The notes beneath the pieces are model-generated. The model saw only the letters and a list, made by a program, of their open reading frames with translations. It was not told the origin of the DNA and did no database searches. Positions 48,807-59,921 of a stretch of 64,000 bases of DNA are shown here, one piece after another; within the stretch, counting starts at the first letter, position 1; each line of letters begins with the position of its first letter. The DNA comes from Nannocystales bacterium. GTDB lineage: Bacteria; Myxococcota_A; Polyangia; Nannocystales; Nannocystaceae. The stretch spans positions 841,915 through 905,914 of the forward strand of contig JBOEGF010000010.1 of NCBI GenBank assembly GCA_050633305.1, given 5' to 3'. A program made the position numbers and the translations under genes.

Positions 48807-51770
48807 TCAGCTGAGGAGTTCCATCAGCTCGTCCCGCGTGATCGCAGCCCCGCCTCCGCCTTCGCCCACCGCCGCCTCGGCCAGGGCCCGCTTCTTCTCC
48901 TGCAGCGCGAGAATGCGTTCCTCGACCGTTCCGCGCGCGACGACCCGGTGCACGAGGACCGGGTTCTCTTGGCCAATGCGGTGCGCTCGGTCGGCGGCCT
49001 GGTCCTCGACCGCGGGGTTCCACCACGGGTCCATCAGGAACACGTGGTCGGCGGCGGTCAGGTTGAGGCCCGTACCCCCGGCCTTGAGCGACAGCAGCAT
49101 GACGCTGGGTCCGTCTTTGGCCTGGAAGGCGTCGACGACCGCGCCGCGGTCCTTGGTGGCACCGTCGAGGCGGTTGAAGCTGATGCCCGAGCTCTTGAGG
49201 TGCGGCTCGATGAGGTCGAGGAAGCTGGTCCACTGCGAGAAGACCAGGGCCTTGTGTCCCTCGGCGGTCGCCGTCTCGAGTTGGTCGAGCAGGATGCGAA
49301 CCTTGGAGGACGCGTCCGCACTCGCGACGGCTTGCCCGGGGAGCATCGCGCGGTGGCAGGCGGCCTGACGCAGTCGGAGCAGCGCTTCGAGCATGGCCAT
49401 CACGTTCGCGCCCTCGCCGAGGCGCTTCATGATGTCGCTCTGGGTTGCCGCCCGGATCGCATCGTAGGCGCTGCGCTCTTCGTCTTGGAGTTCGCAGTGC
49501 AGCACGACGTCGGTCCGGGGGGGAAGCTCGGTGGCAACGTCACGCTTGAGTCGGCGCAGCAAGAACGGCTTGACGCGGTTGCGGAGGGCTCCTGCTGCGT
49601 TGGGATCCCCGGCCTCGATCGGCTTGACGTAACGGTCGCCAAAATCCGAGCGACCCCCGAGGAGACCGCGGTTGAGGAAGTGAAGCTGCGACCAAAGGTC
49701 GTCGAGGCGGTTCTCGACAGGCGTACCCGTGAGGGCGATTCGGAAGTCGCCGGGGACCTCGAAGGCCGCTCGGGCGACCTTGCTGTCGGGGTTCTTGATC
49801 GCTTGCGCCTCGTCGAGGACGACGGTGTCCCACTCGACCGCCTGCAGTTTTTCGAGGTCCAGCCGCATCAACGCATAGGTGGTGAGCGTGACGTCGGCGT
49901 CGGGATCGAGGGCCCGTCCGGGACCGTGGTAGACGGCGCAGCGCAGCGAGGGGCGGAACTTGGCGACCTCGGAGGCCCAGTTGGGCAGAACGCTGGTGGG
50001 CGCGACGACCAGCGTGCGACCCCGAATCGCGCACAGCGTCTGCAGCGTTTTGCCCAGTCCCATGTCGTCGGCGAGCAGTGCTCCGAGGCCCGCCTTGCGT
50101 AGGAACCCGAGCCACGCCACGCCCTCGTGCTGATAGTCGCGCAAGGTCGCGGTGAGATCGCTGGGGAGCTCGGCCGGCGGCAAGCCCTCGAACTCCTCAA
50201 GCAGCGGTCGGAGGCCTTCGAACGTGGGCGGGGCGGGGCACTCCAACGCCTGGCACAAAGCCGCAACGTCCGGAGCGGACCAGGCTGGCAAGTCTTTGCC
50301 CTCGGCCGTGGCGTCTCGGGCGGAGAGCAGCGCGACGAGGCGGTGTCCGTGTTGTGCGAGCCAAGCGGTCGGAACGCGGCCAAACCCACCGCCGGCGAGG
50401 GGGGCAAACGCGTCGCCTTGCTCCCAAGCTCGGACGACGGCGGCGGCATCGGCGCGGCCACCCCCGTCGCCTGCGGCCTCGCTCGAACCTTCGGCCCCAA
50501 ACCACAGGTCCATGTCGCCGTTGTCACCGACCTCGAGGTGAGCGTCGAGCTCTCCCGCGTCGAAGTAGGCCTCGTGGGCCTTGCCGTGTAGAGCGATGGT
50601 GTCGTCTTCGCGCAGGGCGGCCGTGACCGCGATCGCTTCGGCGGGCTGCAGCATCCGCTTGACCCCCAGCGTGAGGCCACGCGCGGTGAGCTGCTCCTTG
50701 AGGAGCTTCTCGAGCCGAGCGTTTCTCAGTGGGATGTCACCGTCCTTGAGCATCGTCAGTCGCTCGCCGTCGACCCGTGCGATCGCGGGCTCGCCGTAGA
50801 GGATGGTCGGCAGCACGGCCAGCTCGTCGCCCTCGCGCGAGGTGCCCAGCACCAGTCGAGGTTTGACCGTGGTGCTGCCGGGCAGCTCGATATCGGAGAT
50901 GATGTGTAGTGTTCGGCGCAGCTTGGGAAGCCAGTCGCCCACCAGTGTGCCCAGATCGGTGTGGTGGAACACCTTGCCGCGCCGCATGGATTCGTACTCG
51001 CCGGGCGTGAGCCCGTGCTCGCCTACCGCCGCGACCACGTCGGTCCGCTGGGCTGCCCCGTTGTCGAAGATCTTGGTGAGTCCGCGGTCCTGCTCGAGGC
51101 GGAGGACGTAGCCCTCTCGCTCGTTGGTCACCCGCACGGCCAGGCCGCTGACCGGGGCGCCCACAGTGACGGCCTTGCCGTCCAGCGTGATGTGCTCGAC
51201 CTTGCGGAGCGCATCGAGAACCTTGCGCATCAGCGGCTTGGGGATGAGTCCCCCGCCGAAGCTCCCGAGCTTCTTCTCGAACTTGAGGTCGCCGTCGGCA
51301 GCGACGAACTTCGGGCCCTTGGTTTTGCCCATCGCGACCTGGGCGATCGAGCCGTTGAGTTGGTGCTGCTCGTCACCGGCGATGATCATCCGGAACAACG
51401 CGAGCTTGCCGTCGTGGTTTTGCAGCCGGTACTCGAGATGCCCGCGGGCGGGGCCTTGGGCTTTGCTCTCGCCTTCCCCCGGCATGCGCTTGCCCTCCGC
51501 CCACGCTTGCTTCAACGCGATGGCACAGGCGGCCACGTGCGCGCACGCGTCCTCCCGACTGACGCACTCGCAGGTCCAGTCTTCGTCATCGGGAAACAAC
51601 ACGACCTGGGGCGACACCAGGCCACCCTTGGTCGCGACGCGCATCGCGATCTCGTCCCCGTCATCTTCTTCGCCGACGACTTGGCCGGACCGTGCCATCT
51701 GCACGCCGCGGGACCAGGTCCCCGGCGAGCAGGACTCGCGAATCGCGTTGAGGAGGTCGTCGATCGCCAA
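48807..51770 (-). CDS. SWIM zinc-finger SNF2-family helicase/ATPase
   Basis: CEC...[57 protein letters not shown]. Confidence 0.93.
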   Translation of the reverse strand: MAIDDLLNAIRESCSPGTWSRGVQMARSGQVVGEEDDGDEIAMRVATKGGLVSPQVVLFPDDEDWTCECVSREDACAHVAACAIALKQAWAEGKRMPGEGESKAQGPARGHLEYRLQNHDGKLALFRMIIAGDEQHQLNGSIAQVAMGKTKGPKFVAADGDLKFEKKLGSFGGGLIPKPLMRKVLDALRKVEHITLDGKAVTVGAPVSGLAVRVTNEREGYVLRLEQDRGLTKIFDNGAAQRTDVVAAVGEHGLTPGEYESMRRGKVFHHTDLGTLVGDWLPKLRRTLHIISDIELPGSTTVKPRLVLGTSREGDELAVLPTILYGEPAIARVDGERLTMLKDGDIPLRNARLEKLLKEQLTARGLTLGVKRMLQPAEAIAVTAALREDDTIALHGKAHEAYFDAGELDAHLEVGDNGDMDLWFGAEGSSEAAGDGGGRADAAAVVRAWEQGDAFAPLAGGGFGRVPTAWLAQHGHRLVALLSARDATAEGKDLPAWSAPDVAALCQALECPAPPTFEGLRPLLEEFEGLPPAELPSDLTATLRDYQHEGVAWLGFLRKAGLGALLADDMGLGKTLQTLCAIRGRTLVVAPTSVLPNWASEVAKFRPSLRCAVYHGPGRALDPDADVTLTTYALMRLDLEKLQAVEWDTVVLDEAQAIKNPDSKVARAAFEVPGDFRIALTGTPVENRLDDLWSQLHFLNRGLLGGRSDFGDRYVKPIEAGDPNAAGALRNRVKPFLLRRLKRDVATELPPRTDVVLHCELQDEERSAYDAIRAATQSDIMKRLGEGANVMAMLEALLRLRQAACHRAMLPGQAVASADASSKVRILLDQLETATAEGHKALVFSQWTSFLDLIEPHLKSSGISFNRLDGATKDRGAVVDAFQAKDGPSVMLLSLKAGGTGLNLTAADHVFLMDPWWNPAVEDQAADRAHRIGQENPVLVHRVVARGTVEERILALQEKKRALAEAAVGEGGGGAAITRDELMELLS

Positions 51771-51782
51771 GGGGATGCGGCC

Positions 51783-52700
51783 CTAGTAGCGGGGAACCGA
51801 AGGGTCGAGTTCTTGCGACCAGGCGTCGATGCCCCCGACCACGTTGTAGACCTTGGTGAAGCCCTGCTCGAGGAAACGGATCGCAGCCTGGAAGCTGCGG
51901 TGGCCGTGGTGGCAGTGGAACACCAGTGGGGTGTCCTTGGGCAGGTCCATCATTTCCTGCACGTTGTCGCCGTCGAGCAACACCGCGCCCAACGTGGCGA
52001 GTGCGCGTTCTCGCGGCGTTCGGACATCGAAGAACTTCACACCGTCCTCTTTGATGAGCGCCGCAGCTTCCTTGACCCCGATCTGTTGAACCTGGGGAGG
52101 AGCATTGGGGTTGTCCATTCGGAACCCGACCTGGGGACCTTCGACATGGTCGATACGGAGGCCCTCCGAGCGCCGAGCCGTACCTGGGTCGACGAGGATC
52201 TTCAGGCCGCCTGCCTCGACGACGAGGTCGGACGAGCGGGGAAGGTCGAGCGCGAGGTCGTGCTGAAATGTGGGGGAGACCTCGAGGCGCAGCTGCTCGT
52301 CACCTTCGGCTTCGTCGAGCGCTTGTCCGAACACGGCGGCGGCCGCTTCGGTGATGTGAATGGTGGGCGGGGTGGGTGGCTTCGCGGCGTCGCCGAGCGC
52401 GGGGATCAGCTCGCCCTCTTCGTCCATCTGCCGGATGATGTCGCAGCCTCCGACGAACTCACCATTGATGTAGAGCTGGGGAATGGTCGGCCACTCGCTG
52501 AACTCCTTGATGCCCGAGCGGATCTCGGGGTCTGCGAGCACGTCGACCGTCGTGTAGTCGGGCACGTACTGGTCGAGGATGCCCACGACGGTGGACGAGA
52601 AGCCACACTGCGGCTGCGCCCGGTTGCCCTTCATGAACAGCACGACGCTGTCGGACTTGGTGAGGGATTCGATGCGCTGGAGGGTTGCGGATTCGGCCAT
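51783..52700 (-). CDS. grxD: Monothiol glutaredoxin Grx4 fused to a degenerate A-type Fe-S carrier domain and a rhodanese domain
   Basis: LFMKG...PQCGFS, WPTIPQLY...GGCDI, then IHITEAAA...GFRMDNPN, then DVRTPRE...CHHGHRS...GGIDAWS...VPRY. Confidence 0.88.
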   Translation of the reverse strand: MAESATLQRIESLTKSDSVVLFMKGNRAQPQCGFSSTVVGILDQYVPDYTTVDVLADPEIRSGIKEFSEWPTIPQLYINGEFVGGCDIIRQMDEEGELIPALGDAAKPPTPPTIHITEAAAAVFGQALDEAEGDEQLRLEVSPTFQHDLALDLPRSSDLVVEAGGLKILVDPGTARRSEGLRIDHVEGPQVGFRMDNPNAPPQVQQIGVKEAAALIKEDGVKFFDVRTPRERALATLGAVLLDGDNVQEMMDLPKDTPLVFHCHHGHRSFQAAIRFLEQGFTKVYNVVGGIDAWSQELDPSVPRY

Positions 52701-52811
52701 GGGACGTCCCGCGGCGGATGGTACAGGCGGGCTCTTGCCGGGTCCACGGGGGCGCGTCCGGCCTCCGGCGCTGTTTCCGCATGGCCGCGACGCATCCTGT
52801 ACGCTCCGGGC

Positions 52812-53345
52812 ATGAAGAAGGTTCTGGTTGCGGGATTCGGCGTGCTGTCCCTCGTGCTGGTGGGGGTACTGGCGGCGGCGATGTTCAAGCCGGATGTCAC
52901 ACACGTCGAGCGCTCGCGTGTGGTGCGGGCGGAGGCGGCCGAGGTCATGCCGCACCTGACGGACATGGAGCTTTGGGTGAAGTGGAGCCCGTGGGCGGAG
53001 TTGGATCCGAACGTGAAGTGGACCTTCTCCGACCCGGCGTCGGGTGTGGGTGCTTGGTACGAGTGGAGCGGGAACGAGGAGGTTGGGCGCGGAAAGATGG
53101 AGGTCGTGTCGGTGGCGGACGACGCGGTCGGCTACGCGCTTGTGTTCATCGAGCCGTTCGAGTCCGAAGCCGCGGTGACACTGAGGCTCACGAAGGACGG
53201 TGAGGGAACGAAGGTGACCTGGGGCATGGACAGCCAGAACGGGTTCGCCACCAAGGTGTTCATGGTGTTTGCGGATTTCGACGCCATGTTGGGTGCGGAT
53301 TTCGAACGCGGGTTGGAGAATCTGGCGAAGGTGACAGAGGGGTAG
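52812..53345 (+). CDS. SRPBCC / polyketide cyclase family protein
   Basis: HVERS, WSPW...DP, GVGAWYEWSGN..VGRG, TKVTW, DFERGLENL. Confidence 0.88.
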   Translation: MKKVLVAGFGVLSLVLVGVLAAAMFKPDVTHVERSRVVRAEAAEVMPHLTDMELWVKWSPWAELDPNVKWTFSDPASGVGAWYEWSGNEEVGRGKMEVVSVADDAVGYALVFIEPFESEAAVTLRLTKDGEGTKVTWGMDSQNGFATKVFMVFADFDAMLGADFERGLENLAKVTEG

Positions 53346-53430
53346 AGGCAGGCGTTGGCCCGACATGTGCTCTCGAGCTGCCGACCGCGGCTCGGTGGGT
53401 CGGGATGTGGTGCGGTATAGTTCGTACGTA

Positions 53431-56400
53431 TTGGGGGAACCATCAGGGTTGAATGACGACGAGACGCGGGAGGTGGGTCGACCTCCCGAGCACGTCGACG
53501 AACCACGTATTGGAGCGCAGGTTCATCGCTTCGAATTGCTGGAGGAGATCGGTCGAGGCGGGATGGGCGTGGTGTATCGCGCACGAGACCCCGAGCTGGA
53601 TCGGGTCGTCGCACTGAAGGTCGTGCGCGCCTCCGACGGGGATTCATCCGGATCGGATGGAGATGCAACGGCGCGGGCACGCATGTTGCGAGAAGCACAG
53701 GCGCTGGCAGCGGTCACTCATCCGAATGTGATCCCCGTCTACGACGTGCGGCGGACATCGGTCGGCCTGTGCATTGCGATGGAGTACGTGCAGGGGCCGA
53801 CGCTGAGAGGCTGGAAAGACGAGTCGCGCTCGTGGACGGAAGTCGTCGCGTTGTTTCGGCAGGCGGGAGCGGGGCTGTTGGCGGCACACGAAGCTGGGCT
53901 TTGTCACCGTGACTTCAAGCCGAGCAACGTCCTCGTTGGGCGAACCGCCGCAGGGGCGCCGTGGGTTCGAGTGGTGGACTTTGGCTTGGCCCGACCCGCC
54001 GGGGCGTTCGTGTCGGAGGGCGGTGCGTTCGCAACCTCCGATGGTTCTGGGCAGCTGACCGAGGCGGGTTCAGTGGTGGGAACGCCGTCGTACATGTCTC
54101 CCGAGCAGCATCGCGGCGACGACGTGGGCCCGGCGTCCGACCAATACTCGTTCTGCGTTTCGCTGTATTGGGCTCTGCATGGCAAGTTGCCATTCAGTAC
54201 CCGGGGCAGGTCACTCCGCCAAGTGCTGCGCTACAAGCAACAGTGCGACCTGCCCCGGTCATCGCCGAGTCGAGACGTCCCGAACTGGCTGCACCGACTG
54301 GTCCTACGCGGGCTGTCACCTGATCCCGACAGTCGCTTCCCGGGGATGCGGGAGTTGCTCGCCGGGCTAGAGTCGGGACACAAGCGGGGACGGCGACTCT
54401 CGTGGGTTGCTGCGACGCTTGTCGGCGTCGCGGGGACGGCTGGTCTTGCCGTGGCCGGAACGCCCTTGTCGCCGTGCGCTGTGGCCCTTGCAGAGCGCCC
54501 ACCGTGGTCCGACGGACCGCGCGCGAAGGTCGAGGACGCGTTGGCAGCAGGTACGGCCACCGGGACGCGAGACTCGTGGCGAGAGACCTGGCAGGGGCTG
54601 GATGCCGGGTTGACGACCTACGCGGCACAGTGGACCGAGGCGCGCTCGGAGGTTTGCGAAACCACCGCGACTCGGGATGACGGGGCCACCCGGGAAGCGC
54701 TCGAGTGCTTGGCTCAAGGCCAACGGTCGGTCGAGGCGATCGTCGAGCTGTTCTCACAACCCGATGCGGCGCTGCTGAGTCGTGCTGACGCTCTGCTCGA
54801 TGCGCTTCCGCGACCTGGCGCTTGTACCGGAGGGCCGACCCAGCGCTCGTCGTTGATCGCAATGCCGCAGGACCCGTGGCGTGCGGCGGAGGTCGCCGCC
54901 GTCGCTGGGGACTTGTCCCGCGTATCGATGATCATGTCGGCGGGTCGCTACGACGAGGCTGCAGACGAACTGCGGCCGGTCGAGGCCAGTGCCAGGGTGC
55001 TGGGCCATGCGCCTCTGCTGGCACAGGTTCTTCTGCGCAAGGGCCAGATCTCCCGACTCCGGGGGGAGTACAAGGACTCTGAGCTGGCGCTGGTGGAGTC
55101 TCATACCTTCGCGCGTGCCGGTGGCGATACCCTCACCGCAATCGATGCTGCGAGCGCGCTGTGCTACACGGTGGGCTACCGCCTGGGCCGTCATGAGGAC
55201 GGCGAGCGCTGGTATCGCGAAGCCGATGCGTCGCTGATCCGCGCCGGAATGACCGAGTCGGTCGAGGCGGCATTGCACTGGGACAACTGGGGGAGCGTAC
55301 TGACCGGGATGGCTCGGTTCGACGACGCGCTCGACGCTCACCAGCGCGCGCTTGCCATCCGGGAGCGGGTGGAGCCCGAGGGGGCTCCGGGCCTCGCGGT
55401 CTCGCTGGGGAACATCGCCGCTGTGTTGCTGGATCTCGGCCGCGCCGAAGAGGCCCGAGTGCACTACGAGCGTGCGCTGGAGATCCGTCGGGCGGCGCTG
55501 GGCCCCGAGCACCCCAAGGTCGTCTCGACGATGGGGCACTTGGGCGCAACCTACGACGATCTGGGCGAGACCACGCTCGCGCGACGCATGCTGGAGGACG
55601 CGATGGCGGTCCAGGAGCGGGTTCTGGGCCCCGAACACATCTCGATCGCGACCTCGGCGACGAACCTCTCTGCGGTTCTGCACCGGGAGCGGGAGTACGA
55701 TCGCGCGTTGGTGCTGCAGGAGCGCGCCTTGGCGATCTGGGAGACCGCCTACGGCCCGGACCATGCACGGGTCGCCATCGGTCATAACAATGTCGCGAGC
55801 ACCTTGCGGGAGCTGGGGCGTCGTTCCGAGGCCGTCACGCACTATGAGCGTGCGCTGGCCGTCGCCGAGATCTCGATGGGCAGCGCGCACCCCAACGTTG
55901 GTACGTTTCTGGACAACCTTGGGGACATGATGCGACTCGACGCTCGATACGTGGAAGCGCTCGCCTACTACGAGCGCGCACTCGAGGTTCGGACGACGGC
56001 GTTCGGGGAGAACCATCGAGCCGTGGCTGATGCGCTGGCCGACATCGCGTTGTGCCACAAGGGACTGGACGCCTTCGATGAGTCGCTCGCCTTCCAGGAG
56101 CGGGCGAACGCCATCTATCGAGACGCCCTCGGCGAGGAACATCCCAGCTACTTCTCGGCGCAGAACAATCTCGGCAACGCATTGGCTGCGGTCGGTCGCC
56201 TCTCCGAGGCCCGCGAGCTTCACGAAGCCACGCTCGCCAAACGAACAGACCGGTTTGGCGACGAGCACTTCGCGACCGCCGGGTCCCACGTCAATCTTGC
56301 CGATGTGTTGCTGGCGATGGACGAGCCCAGGCAGGCATTGCCCCATTTCGAGCGCGCCCACGAGATCTGGTCCGAAGAGTTGCCGGCGGACGACGAACGT

Positions 56401-56451
56401 GTCGTGGCCGCCAAGGAAGGCCGCGATACGTGTCGACGCCAGATTCGGTGA
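53431..56451 (+). CDS. Membrane Ser/Thr protein kinase with long C-terminal TPR array
   Basis: IGRGGMGVVY, VALK, HRDFKPSN, DFGLA, GTPSYMSPE, one TM, multiple 42-aa 'LGxEHP' TPR repeats. Start uncertain (53365-53449). Confidence 0.92.
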   Translation: MGEPSGLNDDETREVGRPPEHVDEPRIGAQVHRFELLEEIGRGGMGVVYRARDPELDRVVALKVVRASDGDSSGSDGDATARARMLREAQALAAVTHPNVIPVYDVRRTSVGLCIAMEYVQGPTLRGWKDESRSWTEVVALFRQAGAGLLAAHEAGLCHRDFKPSNVLVGRTAAGAPWVRVVDFGLARPAGAFVSEGGAFATSDGSGQLTEAGSVVGTPSYMSPEQHRGDDVGPASDQYSFCVSLYWALHGKLPFSTRGRSLRQVLRYKQQCDLPRSSPSRDVPNWLHRLVLRGLSPDPDSRFPGMRELLAGLESGHKRGRRLSWVAATLVGVAGTAGLAVAGTPLSPCAVALAERPPWSDGPRAKVEDALAAGTATGTRDSWRETWQGLDAGLTTYAAQWTEARSEVCETTATRDDGATREALECLAQGQRSVEAIVELFSQPDAALLSRADALLDALPRPGACTGGPTQRSSLIAMPQDPWRAAEVAAVAGDLSRVSMIMSAGRYDEAADELRPVEASARVLGHAPLLAQVLLRKGQISRLRGEYKDSELALVESHTFARAGGDTLTAIDAASALCYTVGYRLGRHEDGERWYREADASLIRAGMTESVEAALHWDNWGSVLTGMARFDDALDAHQRALAIRERVEPEGAPGLAVSLGNIAAVLLDLGRAEEARVHYERALEIRRAALGPEHPKVVSTMGHLGATYDDLGETTLARRMLEDAMAVQERVLGPEHISIATSATNLSAVLHREREYDRALVLQERALAIWETAYGPDHARVAIGHNNVASTLRELGRRSEAVTHYERALAVAEISMGSAHPNVGTFLDNLGDMMRLDARYVEALAYYERALEVRTTAFGENHRAVADALADIALCHKGLDAFDESLAFQERANAIYRDALGEEHPSYFSAQNNLGNALAAVGRLSEARELHEATLAKRTDRFGDEHFATAGSHVNLADVLLAMDEPRQALPHFERAHEIWSEELPADDERVVAAKEGRDTCRRQIR

Positions 56452-56500
56452 CCCCGACCCCGCGCTTGCGGGGAACCCTCGGACCGCCGATCCTAAGGTC

Positions 56501-58165
56501 GTGTCGCGACCATCCGTGCTGACGTCCCGAGTGCTGACCGCCGCGACTTGGATCTCGGCATGCGTGGTGGCATCGGGTTGTCAGCCGGACCCCTCGGAGG
56601 GTGGCTCAGCACCCGAAGGCGAGGCCGTGACACCCCCTCCGCCGTCGTGCGCGCCAGCGGACTCCTCGGAGGGCGCCGTGCAAGCTCCCGTTCTTCGTCG
56701 GACGCTCGTGGGGAGTTGGGACGAGAACTGGCTGGCGTCTCCCTCGCTGGTGGACATCGACGGTGATGGAAACCTCGACATCGTGGCGCCTCGACACTCG
56801 GTGCTCTACGCGTACGACCATCGGGGGGAACTCCTGTGGCAGACCGCGTGGGCGAGCAGCGCCTCGAACAGCCCCGAGCACGGCTCGGTACGGATGTGGC
56901 CCTCCGCGGCCGTGGGAGACCTCGATGGCGACGGGACGACGGAGATCGCTGTCGCAGCGCACCCCGATGACGACGGGTTCAACGTCGCAGTCTACGACCA
57001 CCTCGGTGAGTTGTTGCCGGGTTGGCCCCAAGCGTTTGGGGAGGTGGAGGTTCGGAGCATCACCGCCGCGGATGTCGATGGAGACGGCCGCCGGGAGATC
57101 GTCGTCAACAAGCAAGCAGACGGCCCCGCCACCAACGTCTTCGAGTTGGATGGGAGCACCGCTTCGGGGTGGCCGCAAGTGGGCGAGTGCACGGCGCCCG
57201 AGGGGGACTGCATCGACTACGGCGGCTTCAACCAGAACATCGGTGCTGGGGACCTCGATGGCGACGGGCTACTCGACGTGGTGTCGACCTACGATGCGAT
57301 CGGGTTTGGCGTGTGGAACGGCGATGGCACCAACTTCCCTACGGACCCCTCGTTCGCCGACGCTTGGGTCACCGGGGTGGAGGCGTATCACGACCCTGCG
57401 TTGGCGCGGCAAGGGTGGGGCAGTGGCGACAGGTCCGAGTTCACCTACTCCCCGCCCGTCATCGCGGACATCGACGGCGACGGGGACCACGAGATCGTCC
57501 TGGGCGGAGACCACGAGAGCAGCGAGTCCACCGACAACCAGGGCGTGTCGCTGTGGGTCCTCAATCACGACATGACGCGGCCGACGGGGTGGGACCAACC
57601 CAAGGACACCGGAGCGCCGCTGCAATACGGGGACGTGGGAGCCAACATCGTCCCCACGTATCCTGCCCCTGCGGTCGGCGACCTCGATGCCGAGCCTGGC
57701 CTCGAAGTGGTCTTTCCTGCATACGACGGGGTGATGCACGCGTACCTCTCCACGGGCGAGCCGATGTGGACGTATCGGTTTGGCTCCGCGTCGCCTTTCG
57801 TGGGCGCCTCCGAGGCGCTGATTGTCGACCTCAACGCCGACGGGTCGCCGGAGATCCTATTTGCCACCTACGTCGGCGGAAGCTCCGACTCCCCCAGCGG
57901 CGAGGGCCACCTCATCGTCCTCGATGCTGGGGGGAACGAGCTGCACAAGGTCGCGCTCCCCGGCCGCGGTTCGATGGCTGCGCCTTCGGTGGCGGACCTG
58001 GATGGAGATGGCGCGCTCGAGTTGGTGGTGTCGCTCAAGGACGCCGTGGGGGGCGGCGAGGGCGGAGTGCAGATCTGGGACCTCCCCGGCGCACGCGACA
58101 ACTGCGTGCTCTGGGGAACGGGACGAGGCAACAGCCTGCGGCAGGGCTATGTGCCCTCGTCGTAG
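56501..58165 (+). CDS. FG-GAP/VCBS repeat beta-propeller lipoprotein
   Basis: VASGC lipobox, about seven DxDGDG motifs. Start approximate. Confidence 0.82.
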   Translation: MSRPSVLTSRVLTAATWISACVVASGCQPDPSEGGSAPEGEAVTPPPPSCAPADSSEGAVQAPVLRRTLVGSWDENWLASPSLVDIDGDGNLDIVAPRHSVLYAYDHRGELLWQTAWASSASNSPEHGSVRMWPSAAVGDLDGDGTTEIAVAAHPDDDGFNVAVYDHLGELLPGWPQAFGEVEVRSITAADVDGDGRREIVVNKQADGPATNVFELDGSTASGWPQVGECTAPEGDCIDYGGFNQNIGAGDLDGDGLLDVVSTYDAIGFGVWNGDGTNFPTDPSFADAWVTGVEAYHDPALARQGWGSGDRSEFTYSPPVIADIDGDGDHEIVLGGDHESSESTDNQGVSLWVLNHDMTRPTGWDQPKDTGAPLQYGDVGANIVPTYPAPAVGDLDAEPGLEVVFPAYDGVMHAYLSTGEPMWTYRFGSASPFVGASEALIVDLNADGSPEILFATYVGGSSDSPSGEGHLIVLDAGGNELHKVALPGRGSMAAPSVADLDGDGALELVVSLKDAVGGGEGGVQIWDLPGARDNCVLWGTGRGNSLRQGYVPSS

Positions 58166-58181
58166 GTGACCGCGGCGCGGC

Positions 58182-59705
58182 TCAGCCGCAGACCTCGACG
58201 AAGTCCGCGCAGCAGTCGCCTTTAGCGGTGCAGGCGTCGTCGCAGTAGCAATTCTCTGCGGCTCCTCCACATTCGCCGATGCAGCTGTCCGGCCCGGCCA
58301 TACCGCCCCCGCCATCGCCGGAGTCCCCGGAGTCCCCAGCGGCGTCACAGACCGTCACGTTGGGGTTGTTCGAGCAGTCGAAGTCGTCGCAGTCGACGTA
58401 GCCGTCGAGGTCGTTATCCTCACCATCGTCGCAGCGCGCGTTGGTGTTTTCTTCCTCGAAGCACTCACCGTCGAAACACTCTCCCCCGCACGGGTTGTTG
58501 CATTCTCCGCAGTGCTGCTCACTGTAGAACACGTCGACGCACTCGTCGTCGCAGACCGCCTCGCCGAAGTTGCAGCCTTCGATGGTGTGTGACTCACTGG
58601 ATACGGAGGTCAGCTCCAGCCACCCGGTGGGTTGGACGTCGGCGTACAGCAGCTGTCCAACCGTCATGAGTCCGGTCATCACCTCGGTGCGACGGCGACT
58701 GACGGTGACGCTGAGGCTGGACACGGTTTGCTGGTCGACCGCAGCAAGCAGCGCGTCCCGGGGGATGGTGACGCTGCCTGCCTCGTCGTCCGCAGGGCAA
58801 CGCACCGTTCCGGACTGACCCTTGAGCCCCGTCACCGCAGCGGTGACGGTCGCCTCGTCATTGCCTGCTGCCCATTGCACGGGCAGGTCGGCGTTGCCGT
58901 AGGCCTCGCTGAGGGTGATGTTGTCGAGCTGGGTTTGGATCAGCGTTGTCGCGGAAAAGTCGGCGCTAAACGCCCCGAAGCCGGCCGCCACCGCACCGCT
59001 GGCCTCGACGGTGACATTGCCCCCGGGAGGGAACGGTGAGCCCGTATCCAGACCGTTCAGGGCATACGGAGGCAGGAGAGTGATCGGTGCGGTCGTTCCG
59101 GTGAAGGTCAGCGAGCCCGCGTCGAAGTCCTCTCGGTCTCGGCACGCGGCTTGCCCCGGCGCCGCGAAGTAGCAGACCTCGTCGTTGCCGCAGTTGGCGT
59201 CACAGATGTCCAAGCACGTCGATGCGCAGCCGTCGTCGAATCCGCAGTACTGGCCGTCCCCGCAACCGGTGGGACAGTCGGGGACCACGGAGACCTCGCA
59301 GCCGGCCACCGTCTCCGAGCATCCTTGACCGACCGCGGCAGCGTCGGGAATGAAGCTCGCGGAGACGGAGCCGGTTGCGGTGGCGGAGGTCGATTGGTGC
59401 TGCTCGGCAAGAACGATCGTGCCGAGCGCGTGGTCTTCCTCGGGAAGCGCGCCACTGTCGTCGCCTCCGTCTCCGCCGTCGTCGCCTCCGTCTCCGCCGT
59501 CGTCGCCACCCTCGGTATCGGTGTCGCTGCCATCGCTGGAGCCATCGCCGCCTGGCCCACCGCCCGGTCCGCCACCGGGCCCACCTTCATCCGTCTCCGC
59601 CGCATCGGTCTCGGATGAGTCTCCGTCTCCATCGGCCGTGCAGGCGGAGGAGAACGCGAAGGCGAGCAAGAGCAGGGACGATGAGAGGCATGGACGCGTA
59701 AGCAC
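58182..59705 (-). CDS. Cys-rich surface lipoprotein with C-terminal somatomedin-B-like domain
   Basis: FSSAC lipobox, Gly/Asp linker, 'CDDGEDNDLDGYVDCDDFDC', 'SCIGECG...CYCDDACTAKGDCCADF'. Confidence 0.78.
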   Translation of the reverse strand: MLTRPCLSSSLLLLAFAFSSACTADGDGDSSETDAAETDEGGPGGGPGGGPGGDGSSDGSDTDTEGGDDGGDGGDDGGDGGDDSGALPEEDHALGTIVLAEQHQSTSATATGSVSASFIPDAAAVGQGCSETVAGCEVSVVPDCPTGCGDGQYCGFDDGCASTCLDICDANCGNDEVCYFAAPGQAACRDREDFDAGSLTFTGTTAPITLLPPYALNGLDTGSPFPPGGNVTVEASGAVAAGFGAFSADFSATTLIQTQLDNITLSEAYGNADLPVQWAAGNDEATVTAAVTGLKGQSGTVRCPADDEAGSVTIPRDALLAAVDQQTVSSLSVTVSRRRTEVMTGLMTVGQLLYADVQPTGWLELTSVSSESHTIEGCNFGEAVCDDECVDVFYSEQHCGECNNPCGGECFDGECFEEENTNARCDDGEDNDLDGYVDCDDFDCSNNPNVTVCDAAGDSGDSGDGGGGMAGPDSCIGECGGAAENCYCDDACTAKGDCCADFVEVCG

Positions 59706-59921
59706 GACGTCTTGAGACAGCAAGGACCGGACCAACCGGGCCGCGGCGACTTCTCCCCGAGTTCGCGACCGTGGTTTTTGGGGGGGCGTCACAGATCGGG
59801 AAGCGGTGAGGGATCAGATCGGGAAATCCGGACCTCGGCTGACGGCTCCCTGCCAGCTTTCGCTGCTCTAGCGGCGAGCGTCGAGAGTCGGTTCCATGAG
59901 GGCGGCTTCACGCACAAGACT

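Noticed and set aside
48807..51770. SNF2 helicase as part of an anti-phage defence system
   Set aside because: It is a stand-alone SWIM-SNF2 next to grxD with no methylase, nuclease or other defence genes.
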